From positions 24,986,001 through 25,050,000 of the forward strand of contig NC_047017.1 of the NCBI RefSeq assembly GCF_902652985.1: a stretch of 64,000 bases of DNA, read 5' to 3'. This DNA comes from Pecten maximus (taxonomy: Eukaryota). Below, piece by piece: positions 1 through 14,766 of the stretch. A program made the position numbers and the translations under genes. The stretch's first letter is position 1; every line of letters begins with the position of its first letter. A model generated the notes under the pieces. It saw only the letters and a list, made by a program, of their open reading frames with translations, searched no databases and was not told where the DNA came from.

Positions 1-860
1 ATTGAGGCGCCGTGGTGTTCAATGTTAATTGATATGACGTGAATATAGACTATTAATTGAGGCGTCGTGGCTTTCAATGTTAATTGATATAACGTGAATA
101 TAGACTATTAATTGAGGCGTCATGGTGTTCAATGTTAATTGATATGACGTGAATATAGACTATTAATTGAGGCGTCGTGGTGTTCAATGTTAATTGATAT
201 GACGTGAATATAGACAATTAATTGAGGCGTCGTGGCTTTCAATGTGTAAATGATGTGACACGAATATGTTAGCAGCGGATTCGTTATTCATTATTAGGGA
301 TTCGAATAACGAGTCCGCTTCTGGCAGCGGATTGGGGATTCGAATAACGAGTCCGCTTCTGGCAACGGATTGGGGATTCAGTTTTTTATGTTTAAATGAT
401 ATTTCCTTTTAGTGCCATTTTGACGTTTGGATGCAAATAACGAATCCGCTGCAGCAGTTGATTGGGAATTCAGTTACATATTAGTATTTTTCTTATAATA
501 TATGATTGGGGATTCGAATAACGAATCCGCTGTCAGCGTTATTCGAATCCCCAATAACGAATAACGAATCCGCCGCTAACTTAAGCCCGCTATTATTCGG
601 CGCGTCGGGGCTACCAATATTGATTGATGTGACGTGAATATAAACCATTGATCGAAGCGTCGTGATCTTTAATACACGAATATAGACTTTATTGAGGTGT
701 CGTGGCTATCTATGTGTAAATGATGTGACTTGGAATATACACCAGTATTTCAAGCGTCGTGGTTATCAGTGTTAATTGATGTGACGGGTGACTATAGATG
801 ATTAATTGACACGTCTTGGCTTTCAATATTAATTGGCGTGAAATGAATATCGATTAAATT
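1..860. repeat. 55-bp tandem minisatellite, degenerating rightwards, interrupted by a MITE
   Basis: Unit attgaggcgtcgtggtgttcaatgttaattgatatgacgtgaatatagactatta starts at 1, 56, 111, 166 and 221; degenerate copies resume after about 600. Confidence 0.9.
267..581. mobile_element. MITE with ~44-bp terminal inverted repeats, TA-flanked
   Basis: Left end gttagcagcggattcgttattcattattagggattcgaataacg (268) matches the reverse complement of the right end cgttattcgaatccccaataacgaataacgaatccgccgctaac (ends 580). TA at 265-266 and 582-583. Internal subrepeats ggggattcgaataacga. Confidence 0.8.
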
Positions 861-3311
861 ACACATCTTGGGTATGATTTACAGTCTATCATATTTCAAT
901 AACTGTTAATCCATACATATACTGCAACACGTGGGAATTATTGCAATTTCACAGTTCCAAGAAGGCATATAATACGTTTTTAATAGTCAATTACAGGCTT
1001 GATGACATTTTGAAGCAATTTTCCTTTAGATTCTAATTTCTTTTATTGTAGGATTGTCAGAGATGAAAAACCTTTGGCGCTGAGGGAAAAGTGCACCATA
1101 GACTGGCATGTACTATTCCATCCTTCACAGGAACACGCCTTCCGTGCTTCTTCAGACTGGTATTCGACTAATGTTCCGCCTCTATATAGCTTAGTAATAC
1201 ATGTACATCACCTCTCTTCCATCATCTCTTGTTTTTGTGGACGTTATAATTGAGCCATTTGATAACAGTCTTAAACGTTACCCTGTCCAAAAGGTGTTAG
1301 ACAATGTAAACCGAAATTACCACCCCTTTTCGCGCACTATGGTAATTCTAGACCTGATGCTTCCGATATTTATTGCAAACGAAATAAATGGACTGCTGTA
1401 ATTCACCTGCTTATTCGTGACAAGCTATGTTCTTAGGTGTATTTTCGATTTTAAAAGTCTATTTTTTAAATTAAATTTGCACTTTCAAATTCTACTGGGA
1501 TCTTTCTTTGATTTACAGACTGTTGAATCTCGGTGTGTATTAACCACATTTGAATACAACTCGTCTATTAAACCAACGAAATAAAAGGAATTACTTCATT
1601 TTAAAGTGCATATTATCACGGATTCTAAAACGCTATGGAAACACAGTCTGACTGCTCCGTACACGTTCGTGTCGCAGGAAACTCGGCGCACTGGTTACTT
1701 GTCTTAAGCAGCGTAGACAGATGTCGGTGTGGTTCCTGGAAGTCTGCGATTCTCGGTCTTATTCCGTGTACACAGAAGTTCCTCGACACACGAAATACGA
1801 AATATCTTTATTGATTCTATTTTATTACCCAATGTCATGACATACAGAGCAAAACTCCCACGCCCCCATCTAATCAAAGCTCGTTCGTTTGCCCTCTTAT
1901 GTTTTTACTCTTATAATGCCAACCCCAAAATTGTTTCAAAATTATTTAACAAGGACTCCATCGGACTGAAATTTAAAATATTGCAATATTATTATTAGGG
2001 ATTGTTCTGTAGTTACCCTCTTTGTGCATCACGTGCGAATACAATGTATTGATAGGTAATCACAGATAAGTATGTATAGCCCGCGTCCACACTTAATGCT
2101 GCTTCCCGCCATCAAAGGTAGACAGTCTGTGGATGGCACTAGTTAATGAATAGACTTGCTCTAGAGCTTACGATCACACACTCATCGTTACAATGTTGTG
2201 ATTGAAGTTTCACAGTTGGATGAGCGACAAACTTTCCTCATTTTACCTTCGTGCTGAAAAGAAATTTTCATTATAAGTTCTTATAACGCTGAATTAACAT
2301 GATTTGTTTATGTTTAGCCTTCGTCAAAGTACCTGGTGTCTGGCGACGTAAGTGGTGAGTAGGGTAAACTACCGACGTCAGTGGCGAGACTGTTAACTGT
2401 TTGTGATGCACTTCTGTACCAACGCTTGTGTCAATATCGCCAATATGCCTACGGCAGATGGTCACTGAACGAACGAGAACTTCTTTGCTGTGTCGTTTCT
2501 GTTTTAAATCTAGGTTACCAACTTGAAGAGTTATCTCGGCTGCACTACGGTTACAACCTAGGCTCTGAGGCTCCTGTCAGTGCGACTTAATGTAGGTGCA
2601 ACAAAAATAACAATTTTGATTTACAAAACAAAGAAACTGCCCTGAAATAGTAACTGGTGATTTATCAGTAATGCTCTCCGTGACTTTGAATGCATAATCG
2701 ATTTTGGTTTTAGAAATCTGTACCTCCTCGCCCCGTACCCTTATACTAAACATGGGTAGGATTTTAATTACCAGACTTTCGTTCGTGATCCTATTTCTGG
2801 TCCTTTTTCTACATAACCACCCACATTAACGTCACAGGACAGTTAGGACACTGCCCGAAATGGGTTACTTATATACATGTACGTGTAAATATTCGAGAAT
2901 TTTTAATACAACTGAACAGTAACTCTGGCTATATATCAAATATGCTTGTGAGCAACAGACGTATATGATGTTAATGTATACAAGACTTTATTAAAAAAAA
3001 AAAAAAAAAAAACGAGGAAAAAGATACCTTACGACAACTCAAATATTCCATCAGATTTGTAAATGTAACACATAATTACTTGAAATGAATATTTGAAGGG
3101 ATACAGGACTGACATATAGTAGGAGGGGGAAAAACAACAAAATTACAAATTGTTGTCAGTTTTTTGCATGTAATAAAAGCAAAATTGCGTCATTTGTTTC
3201 ATTATACAAACATAATTTTACATCAAGAAAGTACTGTAAGGAATGCTGAATATTTTCTACACATTGTCTCAATTCGAGCCTAAGACGACATATTTGACTT
3301 TAATATTCGAG

Positions 3312-3625
3312 CTCTCTCAATACTCCAACCCTTACCTCCCATATAAGTTCTAGTACATTTTGTATTCCCTGACCTCCCATATAAGTTCTAGTACATTTTG
3401 TATTCCCTTACCTACCCCTCTCAATACTCCAACCCTTACCTCCCATATGAGTTCTAGTACATTTTGTATTCCCTGACCTCCCATATGGGTTGTAGTACAT
3501 TTTGTATTCCCTGACCTCCCATATGGGTTCTAGTATATTTTGTATTCCCTTACCTACCCCTCTCGATACCCTGAACCTTACTTCCATATGGCGTTTAGTA
3601 CAGTTTGTATTCCCCTATCTTCCTC
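3312..3625. repeat. 38-bp tandem repeat with a ~104-bp higher-order unit
   Basis: Unit ccctgacctcccatataagttctagtacattttgtatt; the segment ctctcaatactccaacc recurs at 3314 and 3418. Confidence 0.85.
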
Positions 3626-6600
3626 TCTCCACTATTGTTCTCCATTCTCTGTCCAACCTCGTTTGATATACATTTATACCGCCAGCTACTCCACATCCTC
3701 TCCCCCATTTGCCTTAGTATTTCTAACGGAGACTCTCTACACACTCCTCGTCATTGTCCTCCTCTGTAGACGGTAACACTATATCCCTAAGTTTATTCCC
3801 ACATTCCCGACAGACGGAGACATCAAGGACCTGTTCTGATATTTGTCTTGCACTTCTCATCCGATATAATTTCTCTGATTAAATCCCTAGATTTCTTCAC
3901 TATCGCTAATAGTATAAAATATTCCAGTTACTACTGCTTATCACTGCCCATGTCGGGGCTTCTCGGTCTTCAATCTACTTACAATTCCTAGCGTATGGGG
4001 TTACGTGGCGTGACATGCATTTAGAAATAGTCGGCAAGATTAATACACGTATTAACACTGATGTACTCTAGAGAAATTGTAAAATTGTTGTCTTTTAGAA
4101 AAAAAACAACAGCATTGATTTATGTTTCAAAAAGAGACATATTTCAAAATCCCTTAATATTGATAATAAACTGCAGCATACCGGCATCTGGTCGAGCATC
4201 GGTCGAGGACGAGATTGAATCAGGTCTTCAGATATAAATCACCAGTATGTACAATGTATATTAATAGTGAAAGTATTTTATGTATTTACCTATTTGTATT
4301 TATGATATTCATATGCTGTCTTTTTCATTTTTTAATTCTTCTTTTTGTTTTGTTCCTTTGTCTGGCGTAAATTCATACATAATGTATGTTAATTAGCATT
4401 GTGATTTTCTATATAAATATCGAAAACTATTAATGATCGATATTAATTACCAAGATGAAATTTTTAAATCCCGTGTATGAAAAGCTCGACGAATTGGCTC
4501 TATTTCACCGCTATGCTGATATATTTGCACTGCATATTATAGATATGATACTATATCAAACACTGTGTGTGCCTATAAAGTCTGTGCTTTAAAACTTTCA
4601 TTTTTGTTTTAACCTGGCCTGTAATCTACCAACAGACAAATGAAAAAAGTCTATACAAATCTGGTTAAAGTGGCTACAGTGAAACAGAAAAAAATATTAA
4701 AAAAGTAATTATTTTTGAAAGCATTGTCTGTGAATGTCCACAGGGAAAGTCTTTATTTTAAGGTGGGATGAATAGGTGATAGATGGACAATATACCTGTC
4801 GCAGACCATTCCGAAAATGATGAGCGCAATCAGACCTAAAGCTGGTTTATTACCAAGACACTGCCACTAGGGTATAGATAGTGCCTCGGGAAGATTAGGT
4901 TTTAGTTGTTTATTGTCTCAATATTTTGTAAGAAATAATAGCTACATTTGATACCAATCTGGTCTTTATATACTCATCATTTTTTTTAAAATAGGTGTTT
5001 TAAATATGGAATCTTCTTCAGAAAGGCCGTTACCCTGCACGTGCGCGCGTGCTTACGTCAGTACAGCTGTGATCGTGTGCCTATAAGCTATTTATCCTGG
5101 AGATGACATCTCGGGACCAACCAACATCAGTAAAATAATTGCTTTCGTGTGTTCAATATCACAAAATGTAGGTAAAATTGATTTTCTTTATGCTATACAC
5201 TCAATGATTCAAAACTGGTAATAACACTAGCAGTATGTGCAACCTCCTCGCACAATGAATTTTTCTAATCTATTTTCCTCATCTCGCCGACAGCAGTGTA
5301 GGACAGCCAGCTGACAAGGGAGATAATCTAAATACGTATTTGTCACGATCACCTGACCAGAGGTGATTTGTCGGGATAAATTGTGTATAAGTGTCAAGTC
5401 AAACATCTCACTAGAAACCTATAATGTAGATAAGCCTACATTTCGTATTTTCCATTGTCGGAAATTGCATTTAAACCGTGCATTATTATAATACTAATAC
5501 TCAAATCAATAAATACATAAATGGATAAATGAATAAATCCTTCCCCTACAAATTCAAAGTAGACTTCTAGCATGATATCAAGTTGAAAGTTCAGCTTAAC
5601 GATGATAATAAAAATAATTTACAAGATGAATTCCAGTTATCAAACTTTCGTTTTACACTTTCTCACACACTGCTTTACGAATTAAGTGCAGCACAGGAAG
5701 CTGTTCATTACCAACCCGTTATGCATTTCTTTTGTCCTTCTAAAGACCTTCGCTGAATGAATAATAAAAGTTCGTGTAGTCACATCCTCATTTAATGCAT
5801 CCATGAACCGCTGACTCCTTTATAATTAATACAAACTTTGTCTAATGTTGAAATAAACACGTTAGCATCTCCAGAATCTCTTTGAACTCCAAGTTCAATC
5901 ATAAATAAACCATTTGCAGGCGGAAAAACGTTTTCACATAAAAATCCATTTTTGGCTGGGTAATCAAAAAGTAATGAACACATTAGCTTGTTTACGAATT
6001 AATTATCAAACCTTTCGTACGAGAATTCTTTCTGTAGGCTATTTCGCTGTTAGTGTGCATAAATAAAATATAGTTTATTGACCGTATGTGTTTATTTTTG
6101 TTTGTTTAGTTGAGCGGGGTGTACGTTCTCATCAACATCTATATTCTCCTATAAATTCCAAATAGAATCTGGCTAAAGGTTGAAAGGTTTATATTGTGTA
6201 GCAGAGTATAAATACAGTTAGATCATTAAGAGTGTCGAGTACTTGAAATTCCGCAACTAAACATTGTACAGCGTAATGTTGCTGAAATCTCATGTCGTGG
6301 ACTTAAAGGTAAACCGTCAATCCCGGTTCATTATGCTGGCACCACAATGTTGGTTATATTTAGTTTAGTTTAAAAATATTCTAAACACACCCATGTTTCC
6401 TTGTATACCGATTTCATTGACAAGAATGAAGCAGGGAACATCACATAACGTTTACAGTAATGAATCGGAGACAGAGCTTTTGTCACTGGAGCTAAACGCT
6501 CAACTCAATATCTAATGTCGAGGGAAATATAAGGAAGAAAAATGTTCAGAAAAACAGCTACACATCCGTGATATGCTCTTGTTTACGTGATTTATGTATG

Positions 6601-9600
6601 CTATTTAGCGGGAAGGATTTACATATCTTCTATGTATAAATTGATTTAATTTCGCAACATACGAACTGCAAGCTAATGTTATCAGATGAAATCAATTACA
6701 TGTTTACAGTACCTTATATAACGGTCGATAATAGTATACTATGTAATTACGGTGTCACTATATCGGCCATCGGTTTGGGAATGAGACGTTTCCTTGATTT
6801 TACCAACAAAGTAGATTTATATTGCGGAAGTCGGCAAGGAAGCACTTACCCTTCATGAACACATAATCTAAATATTCTCCTTGTATTTCTTTTGTTCATA
6901 ACGTTCCTCGTTTTATTACTTTTAAGGTTGGTTTCATCTGCATGCTGGTATTCTTTTAATTTTCCTCACAGGAAGATCCATACACATACGCATAACCTTT
7001 CCGAAATCCGGTTGTACCAGATGACGGCCCTAAGTTGAAGTACTTCATGTCAACACTCTTATCTATCTCTGACGTCCATCAGCCGCCTGGTATGTTTTAC
7101 TTTAGGTACACAATCTGTAATTCCATAAATACATGTCGTAATTCAATATATGTATAGATTCACTTTTAGCACCGTAACCCTCTCTAAAAGCGTTTATTCC
7201 TCAAAACCCCTCATAATTCGTCAGTAAGTACCTCAGTGCAAACCTAGTGTAATTGTGTCACACATCAGAATGCCTACGACAGACTGTTCATGGACCAAAC
7301 AGACAACAAAGCCAAAGTTAAGTGATAATGTTGACAGCTCGGCTGGATTGACTTACACCAGTAAGTTTGACTTCACACAGGCCTAATCCTCGGGAGAGAC
7401 ATTTATACATGTTACAAACACAAACAATGGGTTAAATAATGCATGGAGAAGCCGGCCCGTCTTCGTTATGTAGCTAATGTATATGTTGAGTCTCTCGAAA
7501 CCATTTGTAAGCATGTTTTATATATGTCTAAATACATCTTAAGCATTAATGATTTGTTACACTGCCAAGTAAAACATATAATAAATCATGGCTTCCCCGT
7601 AGACCGATTGTTGGTTTCTGTGTTAAGGTGTTTTTAGTTACTTGCAAAGTAAAAATACTACATAATATTGTAATACCGATAAGTCATTTAAGTTTGTTTG
7701 CGTTTAACAATAATTTAAATGTATTGATACTTCGCAATTCTAGACTGGTATGTTGTAGTTGTGCATCTGTTTCATATTCTTTCGACCACCAGAGATATTT
7801 CAGTTTCACTCAAGTTTTGTGGTTTGGCAGAATTTTGTTAACTTTTGAAAAAAAAACCAGCCATATTGTGGCTTAATGTTGTTTATTTTATAAAATTTCA
7901 TAGGACTCGTTGATTCCACATATTTTCCCAGAAGTTTCCTAAAGGTTACCGCGCATGGGTCATGATAAAAAAGGAACTGTGTAGGACTATTTTTTTTATT
8001 AAAAGGTGTTATTTTCCCTTGTTTTTCCCTTTCCTTTTTCGTCCCCTTCCTTTATCTCTTCTTTAGCATTAGTTACCATTTGCGTGTCTGTATCTTGAAA
8101 ATGGCCCTTTTATGACGATTTCTCTGGCACATACCAGAAATAGGTTAACCGAGCTAAATATTGTTTTGAAATTCTGGGACACCTATCACGATTATTTATG
8201 ATGTACTAAACAGTTAATGCTTTCGGATTTCAATGGGACTACAGACCGGGGTGTGGGCAGACCAATTTGACAATGACACATTAGTACGGTATGGTCGTCA
8301 AAAGGAAATTTAGATAAGACGAACAGGTCATAGCACCCTAAATATGAATTTAGTAATAGATAAGTGATTGTTGGATAACGAATATAAAATTGCGTCGTAC
8401 AGCTGCTTCGTTCTTCTAGGGACTTTTTAGTTACACTGGTTGTAAACTTGTGGCATTCCAAAAAGGAAGCACGGAAATTTAGAAATAATGAACCAATTTG
8501 GTAAAAGTTCGATTGTCTCATTTATCAAAACATTTGACGTTTCCACTCTTCACGTTAACATTCTACATTCCAAACTTTAGGAACACATTATTTCTCTTGT
8601 GATGAGAGCATTATTTTTCTAGAAAGGTGAATGGTATTGATTTTAACTATACTGGGTAGGATTTCGCTAAACGTACGACTAAATTGTAATTGCATAATCA
8701 AGCATTACATAATATTCTGAATCATTTGATAACATCTTAGACACTCGCAAAGTTTTAACCGGAAATGGAACATATTTGATGAGCCCATGGTAAAAATAAT
8801 GCATTCTGGGCCGAAGCACATGCATTGCTCATGAACTGTTAGCTGTATTACATGCAAAACGGACAACACCACGGTTTTATAGGTTAATCGATATAATGTG
8901 TTAGGGCAATATCATCTACTAGATTTTAATTGTCACCCATATTATGTCTAGGTGGCGTAGAATGACAATGGTAGGTACTGATAAATACAGACCGTATTGC
9001 TCCTGAGACGAATATCTCTTTATGTGATTTAATTGACCACAAAAAAATAACACAGCAACGCCGTCACCTGCCAGAAACACTAAGACAAATAGAGAGAGAA
9101 TGACATAGCAATTGAGAACAAAATATCGTCTGTGCGAAAAGTGTGCTTGCTGAGTTGATCACCGTGAATATTCTACTCGCTACGTTTCACTGCGATCTAA
9201 TCGCCGGAAAGCTGATGTGCCTATCTAATAAACGTCTAAATGATCACGATGAAACAAATCCCGATAAATCTAAGAACAAAAAGTTGGAACGATTTTTACC
9301 CTTCAAGATGATAACGTCAAAGTTTTTGTGTATTCCGTAGACTCTTCTCTGGACTTCCCATCGTGTAGCTGTTGGAAATATATGTTCCTGTTTACTGTTT
9401 AAAGACGTGCATGTATATTTATCGGAATTATTAGCGTATACGTTTAGAGTTCGTAGGTCCGGGGTTCGAATCCCGATCTGATATTTGTATTTATAAAAAA
9501 AATATGAAAGCAATTAGGAGGGAGCAGTCAATGTTGTAAACATCCACACCAAAACCATGGTCATATCTATCAAATTCTGCACTGTGGCATATAAAAGGTA

Positions 9601-11049
9601 ACATTTTACTGTTTTGAGTGTGTGTTCAGAGACACGTGTATTGCAGTGCAGACAGATGAGATTGGCTTTAGGAATATTTGATTCTATAGATTGGACTGTC
9701 TGCCTAGTGTTTAATATGGTAGGGAATATGGTTTATCTAAAAATAGAATTGCTGAAAACCTTAAAAAAAACCTTCATTATACTATAATAAAGCAGGTAAT
9801 TGTTTAAGGACTTACTCATGACGTCAGTGTGATGAACTATTTCTGTAATATAGATATACTTAACGCTGATGGCATTGTTTTGTATTAGTTGAAACTGAAT
9901 ATTTTACAAAATGTGTTAAAAAGTGGAACAAATTATAATATCAGTCTATTAACCTCTACAAAATGTTAAAATGTTCATCTCGCTAAATTTCAAACGAAAC
10001 CGAAAGAGTATAGGCATTCAAGTTAGATAAATTAAATTGTCTTTAGGCAGGATTTGTTTTACTCATAAGGTATTGGTTTTTGTAAACACGTCTGCGGTTC
10101 TGTATCGTACTGTATTGTTAAAATGATACCCGAGTCTGTATCGTATACATGGAACTGCAATGAAATATGCTTTATAAAAAAACGACAGTAATTTCGCTAC
10201 CATGTGTTTGCAGTTAGCTATCGTCTCGTCTCAATGAGCGCTGGTATAAACGTGTCGAGAACACGGTTGACCTATGACTCAAGTCATTGTAAACACCCGC
10301 GCAATATGTGTGATAACTCGAAAATACATATCAGACTTGACAATTCAACCAGAGCTTACATAATGTTAATAGTGTCTTGTGAGTTGTACATATGGCCTTG
10401 CACGCAAACGACAGAAACATATGATTAAAAGAGAGTGTGGCTACTTCCGCCACAGCATGCGTTGCATGCTGGGGTATGTAGTATTATTAGCGATGCACCT
10501 TTCTGACAATGATCAATGTGCAACATATGTGTGTAATGTGTCCTGCTGCACACATGACGACCGTTTGTTATACTGGTTGTGTTGCTCCGCCAACGATTTG
10601 CTATCCACTTAAAGCTACGGGAAGCATAGCTATTTTAACGACAGCCATATGTTACTATTCTAAGGTAATGGCGACAGTATGTTTGATATAGGTAGTGTAT
10701 TCACACAAACAAATAGAAATAATAAAGATGTTTTGGCAGTGGGATTTGTCAAATATTTGAGGCAAGTCGAGATATACAATACAAAACTACAAATGAGAAG
10801 CAAAAACATATACATTTCAAAGCTGATTCTTTTAAAAGAATATTCGTCTGTCCCTTATACTACACTAGTATGCGAAGGCAATTAATATATTAATATTAGA
10901 TAATTAATGTTTTGATCGAATTAAAGAGTGATGATGTTATGATAAAACATGTGATACACGTTTGTAGCTGTCATATGCAAAACCAGGATTGGAATTACAC
11001 TTATTACAAACGGTATGCCTGGTTAACAGATAAGAAAATATTGCGGAAC

Positions 11050-11365
11050 CATCAAGACAAAATTCGTCTCAGCGTCAAAGCATAAAGACAAAATTCTGCT
11101 CAGGGTCAAAGCGTAAAGACAAAATTCGTCTCAGCGTCAAAGCATAAAGACAAAATTCGTCTCATCGTCAACACATCAGGACAAAATTCGTCTCGGCGTC
11201 AAAGCATGAAGACAAAATTCGTCTCAGCATCAAAACATAAAGACAAAATTCGTCTCAGCATCAAAACATAAAGACAAAATTCGTCTCAGCATCAAAACAT
11301 AAAGAAAAAATTCGTCTCAGCGTCAAAGCATAAAGACAAAATTCATCTCGGTGTCAACACATAAC
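11050..11365. repeat. 31-bp tandem minisatellite (~10 copies)
   Basis: Unit aagacaaaattcgtctcagcgtcaaagcata repeated head to tail. Confidence 0.92.
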
Positions 11366-13964
11366 GACATCAACGTAAACACACGTTAGGGAGGACATGT
11401 CTTTAATATTTAAAAAAGATATATCTAAGGGCCAACATAAAATGGCAAAATGTACCATTTAAAGACAAGTTTTACCTCAACCTCGAGACATTGGCAAAGC
11501 ATACGACGCCTACATGAAATCAAGAACGGGGGATTTCAGAGAAAAATATGGCTCTTAATAGGGAGTCTTTATGGTTGGAGTGAGGACGGAGCGAGTGCTT
11601 TGGGTGGGTATACTTGTCGAAGGATTTCATATAAAACGAATTAAATGAGACAATTAACATCCTTCATTTGAATATATATATTCAGACAATAGTTCTTTTC
11701 ACTTCATGTGGTTTCAGAGAGTGATAATTACTGATGATCTGACCTTTCTCGTATGAATACTGATGCCATTCGCTACCGAAAAACGTTTTTTTTTTTTGTG
11801 ATTGATTTAGGAAAAAAAATCTACGAGAAAGTTATTTAGCCTAGAACACCTGGTATTATTCTTAAGAAGTTTAATTGTCTCCGTTGAAATATATTTTGTT
11901 CATATCTTCGTTTTATCGTTTTTGAATAATTATAACGATTTTGTTTACATGCCGGTGATGTCCTTTTGGTTTTGGTATTAATCATTTTTTCTTTTATTTC
12001 CACCATACTTACCTTAACACGTTATAGATAAATACACACGTGTCACGACGCTATTGTTCTGTAACAAAGTTTGTTAATCATATATATTATAATATATATT
12101 GCACAACCGTACATCAATTCTATACAATATAAGTGTTAACGTTGCTTGCTATTCCTAAATGCCAAAGAATAACGACCTTCGATATGGCGACACCATGTTC
12201 ATGGAGTATTCAATAGCTATTTGATATTCTGCAAGTAATGTGTTTTTCAGAAGAAAAATTCATTATCGTTTTTATAATAATTCCTATAAACTAATTTGTC
12301 ATTTTGATATATATGTTTGATATTTTTAACAAGTAAATAGGTTCATTCAAATTCTTCAAAATGGATTTTATTTCAATAATGACTTCTCAAGGTCATGAAA
12401 GTGTTCATGGCATTGCAAGTTAATGTCATATTTCCCAGCTCTTTATGCAATGTCAGACAATGTTCCTTATTGGTAACCAACCAGCATGCCAGCCACAACA
12501 AGAAACGGAATGACAAACGAAACTATATTGTTATATCTTGAAATATGTGAATTAAAAAAATAGTAACCTGCTCGAACAGATTTACCCCGTTTTGCTATAT
12601 AATTGTCTAATATTTTACCAACGCCAATCTCAATTACAATGAGGTTCTTGTTGAAGACTGAAAATTGTAGCCCGGTTCATCTTAAAATGTCCTTATAGCA
12701 TGCAACACATGTTTTACTAATAACCGTAAGTAATACAGAAATAATAATAATAATGATATCGCGTTTTTACTGATCATTAATTGCGTTCTACATAGGTTGT
12801 ATAATAATGGTCAACATCAACAACACAAGATGTACACTGATGCCATTTAGACAATGCTTAAAGCATACTTATCTATCCGAAGAAAGTTGATTTACATAGT
12901 TTAAATTATCTAACTGACTTTTTTTTTTCATAAGTCTCTACGGTATCAGATTAAACACAATTGCATCCAAAGTGTTAGTAAGTATAAACAAAATCAAAAG
13001 AAACGAAAACAGAGTTTTATTTCTCCCCACTAATTGAAATATAAAAGCAATATGTCGCATAACTACATGTATAACGTGTCCATGTTAAGAAGCCACGATG
13101 TCAACTGTAGAAAGTCGTTTATTGTAGAATGAAGCCCTACTAGTACAATTCATTACAAACGTGGCTCAAGGGTCAATATCGAGATCAATCTGCCAAATCC
13201 GCACACTTGGATATATACCTGGAACCTGGAGTAATGATTTAACCGTGACTTGTTATCAGACTAGAGAGGCTGATAGAGATTTGACTGTATATTTTACGAT
13301 TGGCTAGAGTGTATCCTATCGTTTATCTTTTTATATGTATGGTGAGCAAAATGTTTCATTCTAAAAAAAGAGTTTACTGAAAACACAGAACAATTCTTTT
13401 AGACGTTTGAAACATAAAAAAAACCTCTACCCACACTCTGATAGAGTAACGACTATCACACTAAGATAGTGTAACGACCATCATACGTTTATGCTCCGAA
13501 AATACATTGTTGTAGACAAAGTTAAGCGGGTCATAACAGATTACCTCTTTCTTAAATGTACTCTTCTACCATAACGATAACCTTTACAAAATAATCACTA
13601 CATCTGCGGGTTATTATCATCTCAAAACAGTTTTGTGTCTAGATGCCACCGCTTCCAACTCTGGAATCCATTTCCCGAAAATAAGCAAATGATTTTGAAT
13701 CATTTTTATATCATGTAGAAACTAACAATGCTGTGATATGTATATGACATGGAGTTTCGTTTACAATAACAACGCACAATAAATACAATGTATTTTTAAT
13801 TATCACGTTATTTCATTGCAAGAGACCTGGCTACACCACTCATATACAATATAAGGTATGGGGAAAAAATCAATGTATAGCGTTCAGTGGCGGCAACAAC
13901 GTAAACTGATTCATGTAGTTAACGTTATTATACTTTGAGGAGTATTTTGTTGACATCTTCCAGT

Positions 13965-14030
13965 TTGATTCCGTCGGTGGAGAAGAGAACGCTTACCCTG
14001 CAGGTACACCTGGTCTTGTTCTCCTTATAC
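13965..14030 (+). mobile_element. Isolated 3' tail fragment of the Penelope-like family
   Basis: gaagagaacgcttaccctgcaggtacacctggtc resembles gcagaagacgcttactcacccggaacacatggtc (about 34821-34854), which follows an RT remnant. Confidence 0.5.
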
Positions 14031-14766
14031 ATCTTCCAGAGTCTCTGTTCCAGTCTGTATGTTTGGTCAATATCCTGCCCCCGCTTGATTGATTTTAACA
14101 CATCAACGTAGTTTACAAGTGAGTATTTTATTTAAAAAAAAAAAGAATGCAGGGAATATCATATACAACTAGATTTGGCGTCATATCGAAAAACTATACA
14201 CCGGCAATTACTCGGTGGCATCTGAAGTAACGGAACCGTAATGTAGGCATACATAAAGCTTGGTACCTCTCTGTCAGATATCAACATTATTCACTTTCAA
14301 CTTGTGTCAGTTCAATAGATGTATCCCCTGAATGAACAGGACTGTCATACAGATGTACTCAATGTATCCAATTATTTCTGATATGTAGAATTTTAAATTG
14401 ATATATTTTATTCATGATCGTTGTTCTTAACTCGAAGAGGAAATCTTCACAACTTGCTTGTAATATTTTTATTTTTAATTTGACAGATGGTATTCGAAAT
14501 TAAAATTAATAAGAAATGTAGATCATTAATAGAATAACTTAAACCTCTTAATCTGCACCACGTGATGAATAGAGAATAATATACGGTATGGTGCCCCCTC
14601 CACATACTGTACTTGTGTTGTGTGTAAGCCCTCTTAATGTTCCATAATAAACTACTAACATAAAACACGGTTTACTGGGGAAATCAAATCTCGTCGTTAC
14701 ATTATTAACAAAACAGTTCTGTCGGAGGGTCAGCTAGCGGTCACTACCGCGCGTGATTGTCCACGT

